Below, piece after piece: positions 1 to 13,113 of a stretch of 64,000 bases of DNA (positions are counted from its first letter, which is position 1; each line of letters begins with the position of its first letter). This DNA is from Vicugna vicugna. Lineage: Eukaryota. The translations under genes were made by a program, and so were the position numbers. The notes beneath the pieces were generated by a model. The model had not been told where the DNA came from. It ran no database searches and saw nothing but the letters and a program-made list of their open reading frames with translations. The stretch is taken from assembly GCA_013265495.1 (NCBI GenBank), contig MU058213.1, positions 372,001 to 436,000 on the forward strand. The letters are read 5' to 3'.

Positions 1-51
1 TGAGATTCTTAACTAAAATGGGTGTGTTGGGCTTGGGGGCCTTTCTTCCAG

Positions 52-267
52 AAAACAAGCCAGGTGAAAGCAATTATTCCTTTGTTGATAACTTGAACCT
101 GCTAAGAGCAATAACAGAAAAGGAAAAAAATGAGAAAGAAAGGCAATCTGTAAAAAGCTCCCCAAATGATAATAAAGTGAACATGGAAGATGTTGACTCA
201 ACCAAGAATCGAAGACTGATTGATGATTATGATTCTACTAAGAGTGGACTGGATCATAAGTTTCAAG
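52..267 (+). CDS. SCG3: Secretogranin III coding exon (approx. exon 4; upstream exons outside window)
   Basis: ttccag|AAAAC...TTTCAAG|gtaaat; 216 bp, phase 1-1; encodes [18 protein letters not shown]...[15 protein letters not shown], matching mammalian SCG3. Confidence 0.97.
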
Positions 268-629
268 GTAAATGAGGGGAAAAAAACTTTTGCTAGCTAT
301 TTTCTCTAATTTGGAGTTTCAGAGAAAGTCCATATTTTAAAAATATCTCTTATACACTCACAATCCTTTATTAGTCAGGTCCAAAATTGAAATAAAGCTA
401 AAACTTACTGATAATGTGGAAAGCTTCAGCTTCGCAGAAGCTCAGATTTTGTTTTCTCTTGAAACGGTTCTTAACTGATGCTTTGAAAAAAATTTAAATC
501 TACTGTCTATGTTTTATATTACTGAATTCATTTGAACATTCCAATGTATTTTAATTATTAGCACAAACTATCATAATTATCAAATAATTAAATCAACAAA
601 ATACACCACTCCCAAGGTGAAACATTCAT

Positions 630-1525
630 TACTTCCTTTTCAGTGTTCTCTTTCTAGCTACATCTTTTCTCCCTAGATCATTCTAACCTCTCCATGGCTT
701 CAGTTACCATCTATATCCTGATGTCCCATATCACTAGCTCAGACTTCTCTGAACTTTAGATCTGTTTCTGTTTATCTGCCTACTTAACCTCTTCCCTTGG
801 AAGTCTCAGAAGCACCTCAAATTTAACATGAATAAAATTAAACTACTAATTTCTGTATACCTTACAACTTAGCCCTCTTCAAGTGCTCCTTCTCTAGGAA
901 AGGCACTACTACACATCCAGTTTTTCAAGGCAGAAATCTAGGACTCAAACTATTTCTTTTTTTTCCTTACCTCTCAAATTCTAATCCACCAGTCTTATCA
1001 ATTTTACCTTCTATGAATCTCTCAATTTTTTTCTCTATTCTCAATCACCAACATACTTTTTCAATTGTGTCTCACTTGAACTGCTGCAAAACCTTCTAAT
1101 GACTCATCCAGCATTCACTCTGACCCTGTCCAACTTATTCTTCAGGTAGCAGCCATAGTGATCTTTTCAACACACGAGTACAAGCATGTAACTCTTTTGC
1201 ATAAAAACGGTGAATAGACTGCCATTTCTCTTGAGATAAAACCCCACATCCTTCACAGCCTCTGCAGTCCTGCATAGACTGGTTCCTGTCTACTTTTCTA
1301 GGTTCATCCAGGACACAAAATCTGACAGAAACCTTGTTTCTTTCCTTCTTTGTTTCCTTTCACTTAATGCAGTTTGTAATTTTACATTCCTGAGTGTGAC
1401 TGCTTATGCTTTATCTTTTTCTCCTAAACTGAAAACTCTGAGAACACAGACATTGTAGCCCCAGTGTCTGGATGCTCATGAGTTTACTGCATCAATTGAT
1501 AAAAGAATAAATGAACAAATAAAAG
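630..1525 (+). mobile_element. L2 LINE fragment
   Basis: Degenerate L2 3' region (cacctcaaatttaacatg...aactactaattt, ending in a gaataaatgaa-type tail). Confidence 0.65.
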
Positions 1526-2594
1526 ACTGCATAAAGGAATAAATAAACTATTGTACCTAGGCATTGTGGTCTTCCTCAAACACTCTGAATTGACCATTTG
1601 ATTTCATAAAATTTTTAAAAAATAGTCTAATATTTGTTTGTCTTTTTGGTCAAATGAGTTACACATGCAGGCACAGGCACATCTGTTTGTAATCTGATCA
1701 CAAACTTGAGCAATTTGTTTTTAAATCGTTCAACATTTTATTACCATCCCAGATAGGTTCAGAACTACTAAGTGCTAGTCCTGATGGTCTAGGTTTACCC
1801 TAGGAGTCATTTTAAGTCCACCTGAGTATACAGAAAAGATTCTTGGAGAGAACGATATATGAGTGAATCCTCTCATACCCTGATAATCCTGGGACCACCT
1901 CAGAGGCATGTGGACTTACATTCCAGAAGGAAGGTGAAGGGGCTGAACTTTTGCAGGGGGCTTTTACACCTTTAGTAAACCTCCAAATGGGCTTGTGCCA
2001 TAGGGCTCATCAATCCTCCTTCTCTACTGTATGTGTCATTCAGGATTTTTCTAAGTTTCTTTTAGGAAATAGTGCTTAGGGGCTTCTGTGTGCATTAACT
2101 GAATAAATATTCATTGAGCAATTACTATGTATCAGACTATGAGCTAGACAGTAAGCTTTGTGTGGTTAGGGATCGTGTGCGGTTAAGGACCATGCCTAAA
2201 CTATTTATCACTGTTTCCAGTTCTGGTCCATATTATGACTTTAATAAAAATGTGTTGAACAAGTAAATGATTACTGTATTAGATGCTGGGGATTCAAAAC
2301 ATAACTGGAACAAAACATAAGTGGAAAAGGGCCCTTTTACATCCACTTAGAATGTTACAGCTGCTTGAAAAAGTTACAAATGTTGAACTCATGCTTGGCT
2401 TCCTTCTGAGGTCTATGTGGGAGGGTGAAATAGGATCAGTAGAGAAGTCATTCTGAGTAATTCCGTCCCTTTTAGAGGAACAGGGGAAATCCCTGGAAGG
2501 TAAGGAGTAGTGCCATGCAATCAACTATTTTTTTATTAATACAATTTTCTTATTTTTTATTATCTCTATGTCTCTAGCTATGTACCCTTTTCAT

Positions 2595-2800
2595 TGTTTT
2601 AATCAAAATATAGTTGATTTACAATGTTGTGTTAGTTTCAGGTGTACAGCAAAGTGATTTGTTACATAAATGTGTAATATATATTCTTTTTCAGATTCTT
2701 TTCCATTATAGATTATTACAAGACATTGAGTATAGTTCCCTGTGTTATACAGTAGGTCCTTGTGGGTTATCTTTTATATATAGCAGTGTGTATATTCAAG
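2595..2800 (-). mobile_element. L1 3' end (laurasiatherian/cetartiodactyl type)
   Basis: gttgatttacaatgttgtgttagtttcaggtgtacagc...tatagttccctgtgttatacagtaggtcc. Confidence 0.8.
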
Positions 2801-4701
2801 TGCTCAACTATTAACCCCATTGAACAAAGCTCTGCCAGGGGAGGCCTAAGTTCCTGGCTCAAGAGAATACAGCAGTGCAGCAGAGGAAAGGGGCCATTTC
2901 TTCAGGATGTTGCTCATGTTCAACTGAAAAACAGTTATCTCAGTTATTTTCCAGCCTCAGTCATCAAACACTGTTCTTCCTTTTTCAGATCCTCAGGGAT
3001 AAGTGGGCAGGGAAATAAATTCTTCCACCTCTACATAGACCCGGGCAGTTTCTGCTCCATGTGTTCCCAAGAGTCTGATTCGCAGCCCGCAAATGGAGAA
3101 ATCAGACCTAAAGGGTAGTGAGTCTCTGCTGCTGACAAAAGGGATGATGGACCCAGTTTTCAGTCAGCCAGGAGGGGAAGTGACTTCACTGGGTTTTTCT
3201 AAGAGACTGTTCTGCTGCTTAGTCCCTCTGATACGCAGGACTCAAAAGGCTCACAGCTCACGGGTTGGCCAACAGCTCAGCAATAACACACTATCAAAGA
3301 ACGTCCAGCCTTCTGTGTATGATCTCCCTACTCATTTTCCTAAGCTTCTTTCCAAACAACAAGAAGGTGATATTCTGCCTGAGGCTGCATATACTTCCAT
3401 CTTCATAGAGTCTGGGAAAAGGCAATGAAGCCCCAGGAGCCATAGAAGAAAAGGACAGAATCAGAATAGAAATATGGACTAGGTTGTTCTTTCTTTAAGT
3501 GAATATGGTCAGAATTACTCGGGCAGAATTGGGCTAGGGAGTCAATGTCTATTTTCTCCAGAAGATAACTACAGTTCCTTTATTTCAGGAAATAAAGAAA
3601 TCCACTGTCCATAATAATAAAGCTACATTAAATTTCATATAATACTTTGCAACTCAAAAGGTGCTTTTACATCTTATTTCATCTGATCCCGTGAAATACT
3701 CTTATTACCTGCTGTTACAGTGGTCCAAGGATACACAGATAACAAGAGGGGTCACTGGAGCTAAATTTCTGATCTTTCCAAGCTGCCGAGAGGTGACAGG
3801 GGGAGTTAAGTGCCTTGTAAACTTGCACCTATGAATATACTGTTCCATGGGGTATAGATTGGAAAAAGACCAATTGATTCCTGGAAGTGCTCTATGGACA
3901 TGGTGCAATGCTTCCTTTCCCTCAGGATGGGTCTTTGCTTTAGTCTGAAGTAGGGCTGCCAAGTGTATTCCCAGGAAAGACGAGGAGACCAGGAGACGTA
4001 TCTGCCAGCTTCTCTGCAGAGATTTACATACATTTACATATTGATTTGTGCAAATCTGTTATCACATTTTCAAAGTTTTAATTCCAGGCACATAAAACAA
4101 GTTTCTTATTCTCTGGAGAAAGAGGCTTGTCATATTAAGCTGCCTTACATAAAGACGCTCTGATACATGTTCACTTACAAGTAAACATTCATTCCAGGGA
4201 AGTCATAAAGTCTTCAGTACATACTCTCTGATTCTGAGTGTGAGGCAGGTTTTCCCAGCCTCAGCCCAGGAATTTGCCTAAAAAGGGCAAATGCACAGAT
4301 AATATCAATCTACAACTTGGATGGAAATGGAATATCAAATTATATATTATGCAGAAGGGTGCTTTGAACAGTATGGCATACTATCTAAATGTGGCATATT
4401 ATAAAAACTAAAATTATAATATTGTTTGTATTAGTGCTAAAAATGGAGAGGTCTTTTGTGTTGGCTTCAGATTTTTCTCTTATAATCACATAAGAGGCTT
4501 TCAGAATTTCCATCATCATCCTAGGTTCTTAACTTGAAGTCAAATTCTATTTCAAACTGAGAGTTTATGTGGACCAAGCACCACCTCAAATATATTCCAA
4601 ACATATCTGAGTGTGTAAGAACAAGCTATAGATCATAAATCTAATATCCAAGGAATATGTCTGTGATCACCATGATGTGAAATTGTGATTGCTCTGTCTA
4701 G

Positions 4702-4844
4702 ATGACCCAGACGGCCTTCATCAACTAGATGGAACTCCTTTAACTGCTGAGGACATTGTCCAGAAAATTGCTACAAGGATTTATGAAGAAAATGACAGAG
4801 GAGTATTTGACAAGATCGTTTCTAAACTGCTGAATCTTGGCCTA
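4702..4844 (+). CDS. SCG3: SCG3 coding exon (approx. exon 5)
   Basis: tctag|ATGACC...GGCCTA|gtaagt; 143 bp; [48 protein letters not shown]. Confidence 0.97.
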
Positions 4845-5651
4845 GTAAGTCATCTGCATGTGAATAAACCAAATTCTTAGTACAGTTTGGAATATGCTCT
4901 GAAGTCAAGCCACTTCATTCAAATGGCCGAATGTTTATATAATGCATCTACTTTATACTCAGCATCGTAGGTTTCAAGGACAAGTAAGGCACCATTCTTT
5001 CCCTCTAAGAATTTATAGTTTATCAGAGGCACTAGTCAGGTATACACATGCTCACAATGCAAGTTGCGTGGGAACTATCAGAGCGGTCCAGCATGCCGGA
5101 GGACGGATTATATTCAGCAGAACAATAAGGAAAACTTCAGCGAAGGAGGTGTTTGAAGTGAACTTAGAAGAATGGTTAGGATTTAAGTAAAAGAAACGTG
5201 AGAGGGGAGAAGGAAATAAGATGTGCGAAACCATGCAATGATTGGGAAACTCTAAGCAATCCAACCTGACCCTGCCTCACTTTAGCTCCCTGGCCCTAAG
5301 ACAGACCTGGCAGGCTTTAGGAGGGCACAGAATTTGCAGGTTTCAAAGGTTACCTGAGCATGACCTGCAGCTAAGGGTTGAGAAACAACTTTCGTTTCTC
5401 AGAGTGTGAGAAACGTGGGTTCCAACAGACAGGACTGACCACCTGCAGAGTGGGGCCAAAGACACTTCCCTGGAGTGCTGGGCAGTCACTTGGATAGCTG
5501 GCATGTAGTAGAGGTATAAACACAGGTTGTTCGGAAGAAGGACCAGAACATCTCTTCTAAAAATATGTTTTCAACTGAAGAGTTTCATCTAGATTTTTTT
5601 AATCACAAGAATGGAAATAAACACTCCATATATTTTGACTCTTTATAACAG

Positions 5652-5801
5652 ATCACAGAGAGCCAGGCACAGACACTGGAAGATGAAGTTGCAGAGGTTT
5701 TACAAAAATTGATCTCTCAGGAAGCCAACAATTATGAACAGGAACCCAGTAAAGCAACAAGCAGCTCTGAGAGTCAGGCTGGAAAAATACCGGAGAAAGT
5801 G
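5652..5801 (+). CDS. SCG3: SCG3 coding exon (approx. exon 6)
   Basis: taacag|ATCACA...AAAGTG|gtatgt; 150 bp; ITESQAQTLEDEVAEVLQKLISQEANNYEQEPSKATSSSESQAGKIPEKV. Confidence 0.96.
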
Positions 5802-5861
5802 GTATGTATATGTGAATGTATATGCATGTGTTATGTATGTGTGTATATGCATGTGCAGGGA

Positions 5862-5881
5862 TGTGTGTGTGTGTGTGTGTG
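5862..5881. repeat. (TG)10 microsatellite within a TG/TA-rich tract just after SCG3 exon 6
   Basis: Direct reading. Confidence 0.9.
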
Positions 5882-6989
5882 TATACTTGTATTTGTATAT
5901 AATTAATGCAATCTGCATATAATTAATACTTCAGATGGTGCCAAAGAAGATTTGGGGTATGTGTTGTTTTTAACCTACTTAAAATACATATTCATGAAAT
6001 GCCAATAAGTTAAAAGATATAAATGAACTCTCCTTTGAAAATAATGTAAAGATGCATGTTATATTATATTACATAGTAAAGATTAGGCCTTATACCCCAA
6101 AGTAAAATAACACATAATATTACAGGAAATGGTTATTTCACATAACAATTTGTATAATCCCAGTGCTCTGCAATCAAATATTTCACAGCTCTTTTGGTAT
6201 CCAACTTCTGTTCACAGCGGATGTCAGCATCTGCTCACAAAACCCCAAAAAAGAAACTTGGCTTGGTTTGATCCTTTGCCACATCAGCTTTTATATTCCC
6301 CAGAGTCAGTTGCCTGCTGCTGTCTCTCTGTCTATCCTGTGCTCTTCCGCCTGCTCCTTCCCCTTCTCATTGGCTCAGAGCCTGGCTGCCATTCTTTACT
6401 TAAGATTTGTCATTCATTCGCCCTTCTCCTTGACTCTTCATCTTTTCTTTGGTCTCAGCCAAGCTACTAAAATCTCTATCTCCTCCTTGCATTCTCTCTA
6501 CAACTCTAGATGTTCTTAACCATAGGAGGACATAAGAGGATATCCTCCTTTTTTGTTTTCTCCACCAGAGCACCCGGATCCCATGGCTCCTCATCCTTTC
6601 CAACATTCTATCCCAAATACGAGGAAAAATAATATGTAGATTTATGGTCCTGTTTTTAGAGGAGGCTAGAAAACAGAAATTGGTATGACTTCTTTTTTTT
6701 TTTACTAGATTGCCTAAAAGCTCTCCTTTGCTCACCTACTTCAAATCCCCACCAGCTGCCATCTTTTAAAACAGCTCTGAAATCCACCTACCCTAAAAAA
6801 AACTTCCTAGTTCATCAAAGAACTCATGACTTTCACTCAAGCTTACCAGTCTGAACTAAAACTGACAAAGCAACATTCATGATCCTTCACTCCTCTTGTG
6901 TACTCCTTACTTCCCATCTATAAAATGTCCCCATGCTTGACCTGTGCACTCAAGTTACCTAAATGCATTAATGCAAATGAAATATTCTT

Positions 6990-7775
6990 TCAATAAATAT
7001 TTGTTGAGAAACCAACTAGGTACCAAGCACCGGGGATACAATGCTCCCTTAGAAAGATATAATTCCTTCTCTCATGAAGCTTAAGGTCTAATGGAAGAGG
7101 CAGTTGGTCTTCAAATAGTCATATTTTTTGGTTGCAACTGCATTAAGTGCTCTAAGAAACATGGTTCTGTGAAACCACATAAATAAGGAACCTGTCCTGG
7201 ACTTAGGCTTGGGGAAGGCTTCCTAGAGGAAGTGACTTGAGCCAAAAACTAAAGGCTGAATAGGAGTTAACTTGTGAACATGAGAGGCAGTATGTAGGGA
7301 AGGATGTACCCAAGTAACTGAAACAAGGGCAGTGTGGATGCTGCACAGAGACGGCAGTGAGAGATGGGACTGAGGAGGGGACGCAGGCCAGACCAGACCA
7401 GGCAGCACCATATCAGCCAGATACGGATTCTGAGCTTTATCATAAGATCAGTGGGAAAACACTGAAGGATTTTAAGCAAAGGAATTACATGATCATATTT
7501 TTAAAAATATAACTGGCTACAACATGGAAAACTCAGTGTTGGGAATAAACTGTAGGGTGGGTGGTATACCAGTTAGAAAGTAAGAAATGAAGGTATCTTG
7601 GACTAGAGTAGGGTAGTGGAGAAAGAGAAATGTACACATTTGGGATAAATATAGAATGTATGACAACAAGGCTATTGATGGTTGGATGTGAGGAAATGAA
7701 GAGGAAGAGACAAAAAAAGGCTCTTACATTTCTGTCTAGTCCAATAAATGGAGAATGGATCATTAAGATAGGGAA
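6990..7775 (-). mobile_element. L2 LINE fragment
   Basis: caataaatatttgttgag...ggggaaggcttcctagaggaagtgac...gaaggattttaagca, typical antisense L2. Confidence 0.65.
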
Positions 7776-7780
7776 AACTG

Positions 7781-7925
7781 GGAGGGGAGGATATAGTTCA
7801 GTGGTGGGGTGTGTGCTCTGCATGCACAAGGTCCCCGATTCAATCCCCAGTACTTCCATTAAACAAACCAACCAACCTAATTACCTCCCCCCCCCCAAAA
7901 TAAACCCTCCCAAACAAACAAAAAA
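7781..7925 (+). mobile_element. tRNA-derived SINE (camelid vic-1-like), inserted in an L2
   Basis: GGGGAGGATATAGTTCAGTGG...GATTCAATCCCCAG (A/B boxes), CCTAATTACCTCCCC tail, A-rich end; degenerate TSD aagatagg. Confidence 0.85.
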
Positions 7926-8449
7926 GATAGGATCACTGGACACATATCAAGTCAGGGACAAAGAATCTTGTGCAGCCTCCCAGAAAGTCTTCAAAATGTC
8001 ACCCAGAAACCCCCAAGGTGTGACTGCTCTGCTCGTGTTAGACATTGCGACAGGCTTTCCTGTATCTTGGCACAATCTGTCTTGGTAGATTCTACAAACT
8101 CAAAGGACCCCACCTCACCCCTTGGTGAAAGGCAGTTTTACAAAGACACTCTCATGAGAAACTGGTGGAGGGAAATTTGACCAGAGCAGGACCTAGAAAT
8201 TCCCTATCTATTTTCTGCTGAGCAGGAGCCAGGGTCTTCAGGTAAAGCACCTGTCTCTAAGTCCCAATGACCTACCCACATAACAAGATGCCCACATGCC
8301 TAGAAAAGAGTTTGATCCTGTAGGAGCTTGCCAAGGAGGAGGTATTCTTGTACTTCACATTCAAGGGCATCAAAGAGGAACGAGTTAAGCCAGAGTGTCA
8401 TTTGTTCTAACAAAATGTTTATTTTGTATTGATTTTTTCCCCACTGGAG

Positions 8450-8627
8450 ACTCCAATGGCAGCAATTCAAGATGGTTTTACTAATGGCGAAAATGATGAA
8501 ACAGTACCCAACACCTTAACCTTGACAAAAGGCTTGGAAAGGAGAACTAAAACCTACGGTGAAGACAACTTTGAGGAACTCCAGTATTTCCCCAACTTCT
8601 ATGCACTACTGAAAAGTATTGATTCAG
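8450..8627 (+). CDS. SCG3: SCG3 coding exon (approx. exon 7)
   Basis: ctggag|ACTCCA...GATTCAG|gtaaat; 178 bp; [19 protein letters not shown]...[18 protein letters not shown]. Confidence 0.95.
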
Positions 8628-11098
8628 GTAAATACTGTGTTTTCTGACCATGTGGAACAGAAACTGGTAATTCCAGGAAATGTGTGGGTGGTGTTTTTTT
8701 TCTTCCTGTTTTCAGTTTCTAAATTCAACCCTCAATGACATACATTATGGCCTTGGGGAAAATAGTTCACATCGATTTTTTTTCCCAAAAGAATTGTACT
8801 AGTCATGGAAATATTTAGGAAAGGATAATCAGGAAAGGTGGAATTTCTGGATAATTTAATCTTCATGTTAACAGAGGGTCCATTTATTTGTTCAATAAAC
8901 AGTTATTGAACACATGCTGTGTTCCTGGTATTGGAGTGAACCTTGTGCTGATGAAGGGATGAGTCAGAGAGAGTCCTTGGCCTGACCCAGTTCAGCCTCA
9001 ATTGTTACTGCAAATCTTTTTTTATTTTAAGGCTTTATCTTCTTCTCTTAGTAGGAACAGTATGTGGAACATAATTTATTATTTCTAAATGATTCAGAAT
9101 TTTGCTTTTTAGACATGTGCAACTTCAGTCTTCAAATGAGTTGAAGTGAACAAGACATTGGACCAATGAAGTCCAGAAGCCCAAAACACTCAGGAAACGA
9201 TGTGCTTTTTAAAAAAACGAAGTCCTTACTGTGTTTCTCTCTTTTCTTTTATATGTGCACCAGAATGAGTTGACTGAAGATTTCAGTTCATATTTATTTC
9301 TGCAAGCAGGGTAATAATCTGCAAACTTTCTGTGGTTGTTGTTCAGATAGATGCCTTCACTGCCTTATGGCTCTTCCTTCCTGTTTAAAGATTCATTCCC
9401 TAGACTGAACACTTGTAATAAAGATTTCTATAATTCTAACATATTTCCCCAAGATGTGACCTTAGAGTGAGCTTTCCTCTCTGGAGAACATCCTTTTGTC
9501 CTTCAGTCCCAGACATTGACCGAATGGCACCAGCCCCTCTGCTGGTGTCTGTAGGGCTTAAACATCTCGAGGGTCCATTCTGATCCATTTTGCCCCACTG
9601 GTTGGCAGACACCCAGCTCAGAACCTCAGAGTCACTTCTTGTCAGTGAAGTACATCAGCACGAGACCAAATATTTATATGGCTGTGACCTTGAGCAAATA
9701 ATGTGATTGCTCAAGGTATTATTTACCTACCCTTTTCCAGGATTTCTCTCCCCATCTCTTCTCTCACCTTCCTCTCCCCAGTCTTGTGACTTTTGTGGTA
9801 TGTTTAAGGTTCTACTGTATGGAATATTCTCTATGTATTTTTATCTGTCAGTCTTCTTGACCCCATTCTTTATTGCCTTTATTTTTATAGGCTTTTAATT
9901 TAAGTACTTAGACTGAGGTCTTTGAGAGTACCCATCTTTTTCACACAAGGTCTGAACCAACTGAGAAATAATAAAGCAGGTTAAAAAATAAAATATCTTT
10001 GATACTGATACAGACCAGGTTGTAGAATGTAGCTTAGTGTGAGAGCCAGCAGTGGGCGTACCTACTCCCGACCCCTCAGTGTAGCTTTTTGAAAAGCCAG
10101 TCCTGGGATAGTCTGAGTCCGCAGAGTAGGCACTTTTTCAGGTCCATGCCTTCCTTCCACTGTTTCAGGGGAGCAGAAAGAAGAAAGATTCCAAATCCCC
10201 ATCAGTCAAGAAATGCAGACCAGGGGCTGTAGCTCATCAGTCTCATCTGTAGGGAGGATGAAAAGATGGAGGGGAAGACTAGAAGTATTTAGAGAAAATT
10301 CTTCATGGCAGCTAGAAGAATAGGGAAGCTGGCCTCTAACAACTAAATTTTTGTCTTCAAAAATGGAAATAGATTTTTTTTTCTGATTTTAGAATTAATA
10401 CAGCTACTGAACTACTATGGAATCATTGGTCATCTTGTTCTATCAAGATACAGAACAGTATGTCAAATATGAAGAGTTCCCAAGAAACTGTTAATGATGG
10501 TTGCTTGTAGGAAGTAGGGGGTTGGGGGGAGGGAAGAGAACATTACTTTCATTATTTACTTGGAATAGTACCATTGGAATATTTTTGCTATATGCTTATG
10601 TTCTTTCAAATGAAATAAAGCGTAGAAAGCAATATACTACTATTAAAAAAAATCAACCTTACATTTAAAGAAGAAAGACACAAGTGTGTTATTATTTCAA
10701 ATATTTAGCTTGACTAACAAAAACAGGTCATTCTTGCCCTCAGAAATATATGACCTGAGTAGAGAAAAGTTACTGAGTTACCAATCTGCTAACTTTCTTT
10801 TGAGTTCATATTATCTCAGTCTGCAAACTGTCTCTATCAGCTAATCTATCAAAAAATATTTTAAAGTAAACCCTTTTGGAGAAATTGTCATTACCCGTAT
10901 CTGAAAAAGTGCAGTACATCTGTATATTATCCTGAATTCCCAATCAAGCCTTAGGCTTTTTGTAAATTAAATATATGTGGTTTTAGCCACAAATGTAGGG
11001 AGAAATACTTCAATAAGATGCTGTACTTCATAAATTGTCACTGAAAGAGGAAGCTATATTGCACTAGTTTTTAAAAATTATCTTGTCTTTTTATACAG

Positions 11099-11215
11099 AA
11101 AAAGAGGCAAAAGAGAAAGAAACCCTGATTACTATCATGAAAACGTTGATTGACTTTGTGAAGATGATGGTAAAGTATGGCACAATCTCTCCAGAAGAAG
11201 GTGTTTCCTACCTTG
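11099..11215 (+). CDS. SCG3: SCG3 coding exon (approx. exon 8)
   Basis: atacag|AAAAAG...CCTTG|gtgaga; 117 bp; [39 protein letters not shown]. Confidence 0.97.
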
Positions 11216-11725
11216 GTGAGAGTCCTATCTCTTTTGTTTTCACTGTGGTTAGTTTTCATCGTCCAAAATGGATTAGAGATTGGGCAATAAATATTTTACT
11301 AATTTGATCATTTATGCCAAAATAGCCTGAATCTCCTTCGTAACCAGAACTGCCCACCTTGATAATGGACACGGATAAAATTAACCAGACATTTATAGCT
11401 CTTTATAGATCCAGTTCAAATACAAACATTTTGCTTTTGTTATATTTTTGTCTTACTAACGTTTTCTAATAATCTCCTTGAAGACAATTTTATTAAAATG
11501 TGATGCGTGGTTTTTTTTTCAATTGTGTTTGCATGGTGGGGATTAAAAGGTTTTAACCAGTGAGGTCTGTGTGTGGTGAGGAGGGAGCACTGGACTGGGC
11601 ATCAGAAGTTCTGCCCCCTGGTCCCAACTCTGCCTCAGACCAGGTCTGTAATGCTGGGGAAGACACTCACATTTCTGGGCCTCAGTTTCTGTACCTGTAG
11701 AATACAGGACCCTGTTCTCTGCAAA

Positions 11726-12230
11726 AGGGGCTGGTAAACTACTGCCTGTGGGCCAGATCTGGCCCACCACCTATTTTTGTACAGCACACAAGCGAAGAAT
11801 AGCTTTTACATCTTTAAATGTTTGGGAAAAAGATCAAAAGGATAGTATTTTGTGACATGAGAAAACACTATAAAATTCAAATTTCAGTGTCCATAAATAA
11901 AGTTTTTCTTTAATTTTTTTTAATTAAAAAAAATTTTAAGGGGGCAGGTAATTAGGTGTATTTATTTATTTTTTAACAGAGGTACTGGGGATTGAACCCA
12001 GGACCTCACACGTGCTAAGCAGGCATCCTACCACTGACCTATACCTGTCCTCCCCCCGCCATAAGTAAAGTTTTATTGGCACATAGCCGTGTTTCTTTGT
12101 TTTAGTGCTGTCTATGGCTGCTTTTGTGCTATGATGACAAAGTTCCGTAGTTGCAACAGAGACTATTATCACCCACAAAGCCAAAAATATTTACTATCTG
12201 GCCCTTTATAGCCAAAGCTTGTTGACACTT
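11726..12230. mobile_element. MER58 (hAT-Charlie) DNA transposon, interrupted by a SINE
   Basis: ggggctggtaaactac..gtgggccagatctggccc ... aaaatatttactatctggccctttata. Confidence 0.8.
11907..12058 (-). mobile_element. vic-1-like SINE inserted in MER58
   Basis: Reverse complement of the same tRNA-like head; 16-bp TSD ccataa[a/g]taaagtttt at 11891-11906 and 12059-12074. Confidence 0.9.
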
Positions 12231-12911
12231 ACTTCTTTAAACTTTATAGGTAAGCTTAAATAATCTTTGATTCTGTATGTTGTTTGAAGAAGAAGAAGAA
12301 AAGCCTTTTGCTTTCCTGCTTGGTTTAGTTAATCAACACATACCATTCATCTCAGATAACCTTCAGGCAAGATGAACTCATGGCCCCTTACTCTGAACAC
12401 TGACCAGGGAAGGGAGAATTAAACGGAAGAGAAAAATCTCACAGGACAGAGTAACCTAGAGTTATTCTGTATGAACTTCATTTTTTCCTACATGAAAAAT
12501 AATTTTTTACTTTTTAAAAAAAATTGGTTATAAAAGAACATTTTAAAAAATCAGTCGATGCAGAAAGATATTAAAAAGACAGTGAAAAGCTACTCCTAAA
12601 ACTAATACCCAGGTAACATTCTGATTTATATCTTTCCAGATGTTTTTTCTCTGTGTGTTCACACATACACATATGTATCTATATCATTTTTTTTCTTTTA
12701 GTTTATTTATCAAAATTGGGCTCAAGTTACACACCAAGCTTTGTGGCCTATTTCACTCACCTAATAATAGATCAAAGACATTGCTTCAAATCAATCACTG
12801 TTTCATATCAATAACCTGTTGACTCAGAAATTCCACACTCATCCTATGGAAATAAATTAGAGATGCCGCAAAGGCTTGCATACTAGCCAGGAATCTCCAC
12901 TACTGTTTACA

Positions 12912-13113
12912 CGTGTGCCGTCCACAGTCGTAGTCACAGGTTGCTATTTAAATTCAAAGTAATAAAAATTAAGCAAAACGAAAAATCTAGTTTCTTAGTT
13001 GCTCGAAGCACGTTTCAGGTGCTCGGTTGTCACAAGTAGCTGGTGGCTACCATACTGAACAGCACAGAAATGAGTATTTCCATTGATGCAGAAAGTTCTA
13101 TCGGACAGCACTG
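12912..13113 (-). mobile_element. MER3 (hAT-Charlie) MITE
   Basis: ...gtggctaccatactgaacagcacag...gcagaaagttctatcggacagcactg matches the MER3 reverse complement. Confidence 0.75.

Noticed and set aside
7781..7860. tRNA-like sequences (also at 11970, 24877, 30674, 46036, 50945, 59510)
   Set aside because: They are SINE heads with A-rich tails and TSDs, not functional tRNA genes.
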